From NCBI RefSeq assembly GCF_000260965.1, contig NC_017856.1, positions 2,370,001-2,402,000 on the forward strand: a stretch of DNA of 32,000 nucleotides. The letters are read 5' to 3'. The translations under genes and the position numbers were made by a program. Shown one piece after another: positions 20,401-32,000 of the stretch. This DNA is from Methylophaga frappieri. Lineage in GTDB: Bacteria; Pseudomonadota; Gammaproteobacteria; Nitrosococcales; Methylophagaceae. Below the pieces are notes generated by a model. It made no database searches, was not told the origin of the DNA, and saw only the letters and a program-made list of their open reading frames with translations. How positions within the stretch are numbered: the first letter of the stretch is position 1; each line of letters starts with the position of its first letter.

Positions 20401-21477
20401 GACAAACTGACCAAGTCCGTGCTCAAAGGGCTTGAGCAGTCACAGTGGTTCGACTTGCAAATGGAGTCGGATGATCTGAATGCCATGTTGGAATCGGCAA
20501 GTAAGCAAATCCAGCAATACCGAAATGATATGGATGAAGCCTTCCAAATCAAAAAGGACAAACTGACCTCAGGTCATGATTTGGCACCTGGCGTACAGCG
20601 CATGGTCAAAGTGTTCTTGGCGGTGAAACGTCGTATCCAGCCAGGCGACAAAATGGCAGGCCGCCATGGTAATAAAGGGGTTATCTCTAACATCGTTCCG
20701 GTCGAGGATATGCCTTATACTGAAGATGGCCGTCCGGTTGATATCGTTTTGAATCCATTAGGCGTTCCATCACGGATGAATATCGGTCAGATTCTCGAAG
20801 TGCATTTAGGTTGGGCTGCCAAAGGCGTTGGTTACAAGATTCAGGAGATGTTGGAACAACAACGTGAAGTTGCAGAGCTACGTGAGTTCTTAGGTCGTGT
20901 CTATAACACCAGTGGCAAGAAAGAAGAGCTGGATGAATTGACGGATGCAGAAATTGTCGAATTAGCAGGTAATCTGCAAGGTGGTGTGCCGATGGCAACC
21001 CCAGTATTTGATGGTGCAAACGAAGATGAAATCAAAGATATGCTGGAACTCGCTGGTTTACCTAGAAGTGGCCAAGCGAAATTAATTGATGGTCGTACCG
21101 GAGAGTTTTTCCATCGGCCAGTGACCATTGGTTACATGCATATGCTGAAACTGAATCACTTGGTAGATGACAAGATGCATGCGCGTTCAACCGGTCCATA
21201 CAGCCTCGTTACCCAACAACCATTGGGTGGTAAAGCCCAGTTTGGTGGTCAGCGCTTTGGTGAGATGGAGGTTTGGGCATTACAGGCTTATGGTGCTGCC
21301 TATACCTTGCAGGAAATGTTGACCGTTAAATCGGATGACGTGAATGGCCGTACCAAGATCTACAAAAACATCGTTGATGGTGATTATCGGATGGATGCCG
21401 GCATGCCGGAATCCTTCAAGGTACTGACGCGCGAAATTCGCTCACTTGGTATCGATGTCGACCTGGTCGAAGAATAA
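17401..21477 (+). CDS. rpoB: DNA-directed RNA polymerase subunit beta
   Basis: 1358 aa: [17 protein letters not shown]... The rifampicin-cluster sequence [32 protein letters not shown] is of the wild-type (sensitive) kind. Confidence 0.99.
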   Translation: MAYTFTEKKRIRKDFGKRSSVLTVPNLLATQVNSYQDFLQMGVAADERGSVGLHAAFESVFPIKSHTGMAELQYVSYRLGVPTFDVKECQLRGVTYAAPLRVKMRLVIYDKDAPAKQKVVKDIKEQEVYMGEIPLMTEKGNFVINGTERVIVSQLHRSPGVFFDSDKGKTHSSGKILYNARVIPYRGSWLDFEFDPKDAVFVRIDRRRKLPATILLRALGYGNQEILEIFFDNDVFTRRKAGFELALEPQRLRGQSVPFDILNKEGEVIVEAERQITGRHIRQLEKANMSALSVPEAYLVGKVIAKDVIDTDTGELLANANDEITSDILEKFERFGVDSIETIYANDLDHGPYISDTLRLDETRTDLEAKVEIYRMMRPGEPPTEDAAENLFQNLFFTHDRYDLSNVGRMKFNRRLGREELEGEGTLSKEDILAVISELISIRNGFGVVDDIDHLGNRRVRSVGEMAENQFRVGLVRVERAVRERLSIAESEGLMPQQLINAKPVGAAIKEFFGSSQLSQFMDQNNPLSEVTHKRRVSALGPGGLTRERAGFEVRDVHPTHYGRVCPIETPEGPNIGLINSLACYARTNKYGFIETPYRKVIDGKATDEIIYLSAIDEGEYKIAQATIALNSDNSIADNLVPCRYRNEFSLTPSEQVQLMDVSPRQVVSVAASLIPFLEHDDANRALMGSNMQRQAVPTLRADKPLVGTGMERVVAQDSGVMVTAKRGGVVDSVDASRVVIRVNDDETEGNESGVDIYNLIKYARSNQSTCINQRPIVKPGDIIGKGDTLADGPSTDKGELALGQNILVAFMPWNGYNFEDSILVSERVVEEDRFTTIHIQELNCLARETKLGTEEITSDIPNVSESALAKLDESGIVYVGAEVKPGDILVGKVTPKGETQLTPEEKLLRAIFGEKAADVKDSSLRVPSGTYGTVVDVQVFTRDGVDKDERTDQIEKAELEKVWADLKDQHRIMVDDVFSRLERNLTNKVAKKGPGIKKGDKLTKSVLKGLEQSQWFDLQMESDDLNAMLESASKQIQQYRNDMDEAFQIKKDKLTSGHDLAPGVQRMVKVFLAVKRRIQPGDKMAGRHGNKGVISNIVPVEDMPYTEDGRPVDIVLNPLGVPSRMNIGQILEVHLGWAAKGVGYKIQEMLEQQREVAELREFLGRVYNTSGKKEELDELTDAEIVELAGNLQGGVPMATPVFDGANEDEIKDMLELAGLPRSGQAKLIDGRTGEFFHRPVTIGYMHMLKLNHLVDDKMHARSTGPYSLVTQQPLGGKAQFGGQRFGEMEVWALQAYGAAYTLQEMLTVKSDDVNGRTKIYKNIVDGDYRMDAGMPESFKVLTREIRSLGIDVDLVEE

Positions 21478-21529
21478 GCGCCCCCGATAATCAGGATTTT
21501 TGTCGCGAAAGTGACAGCGGAGAATAAAT

Positions 21530-25726
<4,197 letters not shown>

Positions 25727-25771
25727 GTCTTGACGCGGCCAATAGCCGCAAGGTAAAATCCTGTTTCTTTG

Positions 25772-25804
25772 TCGGGTGCTCAATGATTTGAGCGCCCGAT
25801 TTTT
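25772..25804 (+). terminator. Rho-independent terminator after rpoC
   Basis: TCGGGTGCTCAA (25772-25783) pairs with TTGAGCGCCCGA (25788-25799), 12 bp with one G-T pair, around loop TGAT, followed by T5 (25800-25804). Confidence 0.8.
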
Positions 25805-25875
25805 ACTAGAATGGTAATGCGAGAATAATAGTATCGCAGGCTACCATTACCAGTTATTTGTTTAAGGTTGTATTG

Positions 25876-26250
25876 ATGGCAACAATTAATCAGTTGGTTC
25901 GTAAACCAAGATTGAAGCAAAAGAAAAAGAACAACGTCCCGGCATTGCAGGCTTGTCCGCAACGACGTGGTGTTTGTACCCGTGTCTACACAACGACACC
26001 GAAAAAGCCTAACTCAGCAATGCGGAAAGTTGCCCGTGTTCGTTTGACCAACGGGTTTGAAGTGACATCTTACATCGGTGGTGAAGGTCATAACCTTCAA
26101 GAGCACAGTGTTGTTTTGATCCGTGGTGGTCGTGTTAAAGACTTACCAGGTGTGCGCTATCACACCGTTCGTGGTGCATTGGATACTTCTGGCGTAGCAG
26201 CGCGTCGTCAAGGTCGTTCCAAATATGGTGCTAAGCGTCCTAAAGGTTAA
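25876..26250 (+). CDS. rpsL: 30S ribosomal protein S12
   Basis: The ATG at 25876 gives [12 protein letters not shown]..., 124 aa, with AAGG 8 nt upstream. The Lys residues of TTPKKPNSA and [10 protein letters not shown] are of the wild-type (streptomycin-sensitive) kind. The ORF-track start at 25858 adds 6 non-homologous residues. Confidence 0.97.
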   Translation: MATINQLVRKPRLKQKKKNNVPALQACPQRRGVCTRVYTTTPKKPNSAMRKVARVRLTNGFEVTSYIGGEGHNLQEHSVVLIRGGRVKDLPGVRYHTVRGALDTSGVAARRQGRSKYGAKRPKG

Positions 26251-26294
26251 TAGCCTTTCTGGATGCCACTTTTAGAGAATTAGGAAGCGTAAAG

Positions 26295-26765
26295 ATGCCA
26301 AGAAGAAGAGTTGTTGCCAAACGAGAAGTATTGCCCGATCCAAAGTTTGCAAATATCGGGCTGGCAAAGTTTATTAACGTCATTATGAAAGATGGCAAAA
26401 AGTCGGTTGCTGAAAAAATCACTTACGGTGCGTTAGATGCTGTAGCAGAAAGCAAAGGTGGTGATGGCTTGGAGATTTTCCAGAAAGCAATTGAAAACAT
26501 CAGCCCGATGGTGGAAGTAAAATCCCGTCGTGTCGGTGGTGCGACCTACCAAGTTCCTGTTGAGGTTCGTCCTGAGCGTCGTGTTGCCTTGGCAATGCGT
26601 TGGTTAGTTGACGCCTCGCGCAAGCGTGGTGAAAAATCAATGGGTAAGCGTCTTGCTGGTGAATTGGCCGATGCCTATGAAGGTAAAGGCACTGCTGTTA
26701 AGAAGAAAGAAGATACCCATAGAATGGCTGAAGCGAACAAGGCGTTCTCGCACTTCAGATTTTAA
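26295..26765 (+). CDS. rpsG: 30S ribosomal protein S7
   Basis: 156 aa: [18 protein letters not shown]..., [23 protein letters not shown]. Confidence 0.98.
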   Translation: MPRRRVVAKREVLPDPKFANIGLAKFINVIMKDGKKSVAEKITYGALDAVAESKGGDGLEIFQKAIENISPMVEVKSRRVGGATYQVPVEVRPERRVALAMRWLVDASRKRGEKSMGKRLAGELADAYEGKGTAVKKKEDTHRMAEANKAFSHFRF

Positions 26766-26774
26766 GTTTAACCT

Positions 26775-26796
26775 CTGCCCGGCCAGTTCCGGGCAG
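26775..26796 (+). other. Perfect 8-bp GC-rich hairpin in the rpsG-fusA spacer
   Basis: CTGCCCGG, loop CCAGTT, CCGGGCAG, followed by ATTCGTTCTTT. It lies 41 nt upstream of the fusA GTG. Confidence 0.45.
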
Positions 26797-26836
26797 ATTC
26801 GTTCTTTAACATTGTTGACCGTAAAGAGTAGCTATC

Positions 26837-28936
26837 GTGCCACGCATTACACCTATTAATCGATACCGGAATATCGGGATTATGGCGCATATTGACGCGG
26901 GTAAAACCACGACAACAGAGCGTGTGCTGTTCTATACCGGTATTTCGCATAAGATCGGTGAGGTACATGATGGCGCGGCAACAATGGACTGGATGGCTCA
27001 GGAGCAAGAACGAGGCATCACAATCACCTCTGCTGCGACGACCTGCTTTTGGGCAGGCATGGATCAGCAATTTCCCCAGCATCGCATTAATATTATTGAT
27101 ACCCCAGGGCACGTAGATTTTACCATTGAAGTCGAGCGTTCATTACGTGTACTTGATGGTGCAGTCGCTGTATTTTGTGCGGTTGGTGGTGTTGAGCCTC
27201 AGTCAGAAACCGTTTGGCGGCAAGCCAATAAATATCACGTCCCAAGACTGGCATTCGTCAATAAGATGGATCGGCAAGGGGCAAACTTCCTGCGCGTTGT
27301 TGAGCAAATTCAAAAGCGTTTGGCAGCACGTCCTGTGGTTATGCAATTACCGATTGGGGCTGAAGAAACCTTTGAAGGTGTTGTCGACTTGGTTCGCATG
27401 AAGGCAATTTACTGGAATCAAGATGATATGGGCGCAACGTATGAAGCCCGTGATATTCCTGAATCCATGCAGTCCCAGTGCCAAGTGTATCGAGAAAATC
27501 TGGTCGAAGCTGCGGCAGAAGCTGATGAAACCCTGATGAATTTATATCTGGAAACTGGGGAGTTATCTGAAGAGCAGATCAAAGCCGGAATTCGTAAGCA
27601 AGTGCTTGCCAATGAGGTTGTGCCGGCATTTTGTGGTAGTGCCTTTAAGAACAAAGGTGTTCAGGCCGTTTTAGATGCGGTTGTCGAATATTTACCATCC
27701 CCTGCAGAAGTACCAGCGATAAAAGGCTTGGTTGATGTTGACGATGAAACCTATGCCACCCGTGAAGCGGATGATGAAGAACCGTTTTCAGCGCTGGCAT
27801 TCAAAATCGCCACAGATTCTTTTGTCGGCACCCTGACATTCTTTCGCGTTTATTCCGGTGTGCTCAAGTCCGGTGATGCGGTGTTTAATCCGGTGAAAGG
27901 CAAAAAAGAACGTATTGGCCGGTTAGTGCAAATGCATGCTAATAGTCGAGAAGAAATCACAGAAGTTTATGCTGGTGACATTGCGGCAGCAATCGGTTTA
28001 AAAGATACAACGACAGGTGAAACGCTGTGTCATCCAGATCAACCTATTACGCTAGAGCGAATGGAGTTTCCGGAACCGGTTATCTCTGTTGCGATTGAGC
28101 CACGCACACAAGCCGATCAAGAAAAAATGAGTATCGCTCTAGGCAAGCTTGCCAAGGAAGATCCCTCATTTCGTGTTTCCACTGATGAAGAGTCGGCACA
28201 AACAATTATTGCCGGTATGGGTGAGTTGCATTTGGATATCATCGTGGATCGAATGAAGCGCGAATTCAATGTGGATGCCAACGTGGGTGCGCCGCAGGTT
28301 TCTTATCGGGAAACGATCCGTAAAACAGTCGAGTCCGAAGGTAAGTTTGTGCGCCAGAGTGGTGGTAAAGGCCAATATGGACACGTTTGGTTGAAGCTTG
28401 AACCGCAACAGCAAGGTGCCGGCTATGCCTTTGAAAATGCGACTGTCGGCGGTTCAGTGCCAAAAGAATTTATTTCATCTGTAGATAAGGGTATACAAGA
28501 GCAGATGAAAAATGGTGTAATAGCCGGCTATCCTGTGGAAGATGTTAAAGTCACATTGTTTGACGGCTCTTATCACGATGTTGACTCCAATGAGATGGCC
28601 TTTAAAGTGGCTGGCTCAATGGCGTTCAGAAATGGTGCCCTCGAAGCATCCCCAGCATTGCTGGAACCCATCATGAAGATTGAGGTGGTTACCCCTGAAG
28701 ATTACATGGGTGACGTGATGGGGGATTTAAATCGCCGCCGCGGTATGGTTAGCGGCATGGACGATGTGCCTAGCGGCAAAGTTATCCGGGCGGAAGTGCC
28801 CCTTGCAGAAATGTTTGGTTACGCAACTGATTTGCGTTCTGCAACACAAGGTCGGGCGACGTACTCTATGGAGTTCGCCAAGTACAGTGAAATACCAGGC
28901 AATGTGGCAGATGCGATCATTAACAAGTCGAAATAA
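26837..28936 (+). CDS. fusA: Elongation factor G (GTG start)
   Basis: 699 aa: (M)[30 protein letters not shown]..., [13 protein letters not shown]. Full-length EF-G. Confidence 0.98.
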   Translation: MPRITPINRYRNIGIMAHIDAGKTTTTERVLFYTGISHKIGEVHDGAATMDWMAQEQERGITITSAATTCFWAGMDQQFPQHRINIIDTPGHVDFTIEVERSLRVLDGAVAVFCAVGGVEPQSETVWRQANKYHVPRLAFVNKMDRQGANFLRVVEQIQKRLAARPVVMQLPIGAEETFEGVVDLVRMKAIYWNQDDMGATYEARDIPESMQSQCQVYRENLVEAAAEADETLMNLYLETGELSEEQIKAGIRKQVLANEVVPAFCGSAFKNKGVQAVLDAVVEYLPSPAEVPAIKGLVDVDDETYATREADDEEPFSALAFKIATDSFVGTLTFFRVYSGVLKSGDAVFNPVKGKKERIGRLVQMHANSREEITEVYAGDIAAAIGLKDTTTGETLCHPDQPITLERMEFPEPVISVAIEPRTQADQEKMSIALGKLAKEDPSFRVSTDEESAQTIIAGMGELHLDIIVDRMKREFNVDANVGAPQVSYRETIRKTVESEGKFVRQSGGKGQYGHVWLKLEPQQQGAGYAFENATVGGSVPKEFISSVDKGIQEQMKNGVIAGYPVEDVKVTLFDGSYHDVDSNEMAFKVAGSMAFRNGALEASPALLEPIMKIEVVTPEDYMGDVMGDLNRRRGMVSGMDDVPSGKVIRAEVPLAEMFGYATDLRSATQGRATYSMEFAKYSEIPGNVADAIINKSK

Positions 28937-28962
28937 ATACAAGTTTTAACGAGGTAGACGAG

Positions 28963-30154
<1,192 letters not shown>

Positions 30155-30158
30155 AGAA

Positions 30159-30473
30159 ATGGCAACAACCCAAACTATTAGAATTCGACTGAAATCATTT
30201 GATCATCGTTTGATTGATCAGTCAGCAAAAGAAATTGTGGAAACAGCAAAACGGACAGGTGCACGTATTAATGGCCCGATCCCTTTGCCGACGAAAAAAG
30301 AGCGGTTCACTGTGCTGATTTCGCCACACGTTAACAAAGATGCCCGTGAGCAATATGAAATGCGGACCCACAAGCGTCTGATGGATATTGTCGAGCCAAC
30401 TGATAAAACAGTTGATGCATTAATGAAGCTGGACCTCGCCGCGGGCGTTGATGTCCAGATTAAATTGAATTAA
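30159..30473 (+). CDS. rpsJ: 30S ribosomal protein S10
   Basis: 104 aa: [61 protein letters not shown]... Confidence 0.98.
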   Translation: MATTQTIRIRLKSFDHRLIDQSAKEIVETAKRTGARINGPIPLPTKKERFTVLISPHVNKDAREQYEMRTHKRLMDIVEPTDKTVDALMKLDLAAGVDVQIKLN

Positions 30474-30486
30474 GAGGGGTTGGGTC

Positions 30487-31119
30487 ATGACTATCGGACT
30501 CATCGGTCGTAAACGTGGTATGACACGCATCTTTTCTGAAGATGGTGTGTCGACGCCAGTCACGGTCATTGAAATTGAACCTAACCGTGTCAGTCAGCTG
30601 AAAACAGTTGATACGGATGGGTATAACGCTATTCAGCTTACAGTTGGTGCCCGTAAAGCATCACGTGTAAGCAAGCCTGAAGCAGGCCATTTTGCGAAAG
30701 CGGAAGCCGAAGCAGGAAGCAAAGTATGTGAATTCCGGGTAGAAGCGTTAGACGACTATCAGGTTGGTTCAGAAATTAAAGTTGATCTATTTGAAGCAGG
30801 CCAAAAAATTGATGTGTCTGGCTTGACCAAAGGTAAAGGCTTTGCCGGTGTTGTAAAACGTTATGGCTTTGGTGGTGGTGACGCGACACATGGTAACTCA
30901 TTGTCACACCGCGCCCCGGGTTCAATTGGTCAATGTCAAACGCCAGGTCGTGTATTTAAAGGCAAAAAAATGGCAGGCCATATGGGTGACAAGCAACGCA
31001 CACTGCAAAACTTGTCTGTCGTCAGAGTCGATGCGGAACGTAATCTACTGTTGGTCAAGGGCTCTGTCCCTGGTTCAACTGGTAGCAATATTGTGATTCG
31101 CCCGGCTGTGAAAGCCTAA
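30487..31119 (+). CDS. rplC: 50S ribosomal protein L3
   Basis: 210 aa: [29 protein letters not shown]..., [16 protein letters not shown]. Confidence 0.98.
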   Translation: MTIGLIGRKRGMTRIFSEDGVSTPVTVIEIEPNRVSQLKTVDTDGYNAIQLTVGARKASRVSKPEAGHFAKAEAEAGSKVCEFRVEALDDYQVGSEIKVDLFEAGQKIDVSGLTKGKGFAGVVKRYGFGGGDATHGNSLSHRAPGSIGQCQTPGRVFKGKKMAGHMGDKQRTLQNLSVVRVDAERNLLLVKGSVPGSTGSNIVIRPAVKA

Positions 31120-31141
31120 AGATTCTAAGAGGATTATTAAA

Positions 31142-31759
31142 GTGGATCTTCAGTTACATTCATTCGACGGCAAAAAAGCGGGAAGTATTACAGTTTCCGA
31201 TGCATTGCTGGATCGCGATTACAACGAGGCATTGGTTCACCAGGTCGTGACTGCTTTCTTGGCAGGTTCCCGCGCTGGTACTCATGCTCAGAAAACACGC
31301 TCTGAAGTAAGTGGTGGTGGTAGAAAACCATTCTCACAAAAGGGCAGTGGACGTGCGCGTGCTGGTACGATTCGTAGCCCACTGTGGCGCACAGGCGGCG
31401 TGACATTTGCTGCGAAAAATCGCGACTATAGTCAAAAAGTTAATCGCAAAATGTATCGTAGTGCTATCTCAAGCATTTTGTCAGAGTTGCGTCGTCAAGA
31501 GTCACTTATCGTAGTCGATAAGTTTGATTTGGACAGCCCAAAAACAAAAGATTTGCTTAGCAAAACACAATCACTGGGTGTGACAAACGCACTGATTATT
31601 TCTGAGTCAGCTGCCGGTAATTTGGCGTTGGCCTCTCGCAACTTATATGACATTGCTGCAACAGATGTGGCTAATGTTAATCCAGTTGCTTTGTTGCGCT
31701 TTGAGAAAGTTGTGATGAGCGAAGACTCTATTCGCAAACTTGAGGAGTCATACGCATGA
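31142..31759 (+). CDS. rplD: 50S ribosomal protein L4 (GTG start)
   Basis: SD AAGAGGA lies upstream of GTG 31142. The 205-aa product contains [10 protein letters not shown]-like [25 protein letters not shown] and [12 protein letters not shown]. Confidence 0.97.
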   Translation: MDLQLHSFDGKKAGSITVSDALLDRDYNEALVHQVVTAFLAGSRAGTHAQKTRSEVSGGGRKPFSQKGSGRARAGTIRSPLWRTGGVTFAAKNRDYSQKVNRKMYRSAISSILSELRRQESLIVVDKFDLDSPKTKDLLSKTQSLGVTNALIISESAAGNLALASRNLYDIAATDVANVNPVALLRFEKVVMSEDSIRKLEESYA

Positions 31760-32000
31760 ACTCAGAACGGTTAAGCAAAATCATCTTAGGTCCGGTTGTG
31801 GCTGAAAAAGCAACGCGGGTCGCTGAGAACGATAATCAGGTAGTACTTAAGGTTCTGCCAAACGCCAACAAGACAGAAATCAAATATGCAGTCGAAAGAC
31901 TGTTTGATGTCAAAGTTGCAGCAGTCAATACAAGTCAGGTTAAAGGTAAAGTCAAACGTGCTGGCCGTCATCTGGGTAAGCGCGCAGACTGGAAAAAAGC
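31756..32000 (+). CDS. rplW: 50S ribosomal protein L23, N-terminal about 81 codons (3' end outside window)
   Basis: The ATG at 31756 overlaps the rplD stop (ATGA). My own translation, [59 protein letters not shown]..., matches L23. It is absent from the ORF track because it runs off the window. Confidence 0.93.
   Translation, partial: MNSERLSKIILGPVVAEKATRVAENDNQVVLKVLPNANKTEIKYAVERLFDVKVAAVNTSQVKGKVKRAGRHLGKRADWKK

Noticed and set aside
25858-25875. Upstream rpsL start (MFKVVL-).
   Set aside because: S12 proteins begin [12 protein letters not shown]. The AAGG SD is correctly spaced for the ATG at 25876.

Overview
This window is a conserved housekeeping segment of a moderate-G+C proteobacterium. 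Gene order and protein sequences look gammaproteobacterial. An fhs gene plus a PQQ-type YVTN beta-propeller weakly hint at a methylotroph-like lifestyle; that is inference only.

Left third (1-12.1 kb), in order:
- secF 3' end, then tag (minus strand), then a small orphan ORF.
- A secreted YVTN beta-propeller protein.
- A plus-strand string: membrane protein, mpl, ubiX, then fhs.
- A very tightly packed minus-strand string: hslV-hslU-DUF971-ubiE-ubiJ-ubiB.

Right two thirds (12.2-32 kb) is the classical translation/transcription supercluster, all on the plus strand: tRNA-Tyr/Gly/Thr-tufB-tRNA-Trp-secE-nusG-rplKAJL-rpoBC-rpsL-rpsG-fusA-tufA-rpsJ-rplC-rplD-rplW (partial).

I found no mobile element, CRISPR array, toxin-antitoxin pair, restriction or other defence module, and no cluster of unknown-function genes. 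I therefore do not think this window hides a novel multi-gene system, and I score everything modestly.

The observations most worth a second look are:
1. An internal 33-nt quasi-duplication in the L7/L12-binding helix of L10. It makes L10 about 10 aa longer than the E. coli type and predicts a six-copy L12 stalk.
2. Two directly repeated tuf genes that differ at only 2 synonymous sites, with identity stopping at the CDS borders.
3. rpsJ starting 5 nt after tufA, which leaves no room for an S10-type leader.
4. fhs and ubiB converging with overlapping stop codons in a TTAA.
5. A locally G+C-rich orphan ORF upstream of tag.
6. Several intra-operon hairpins.
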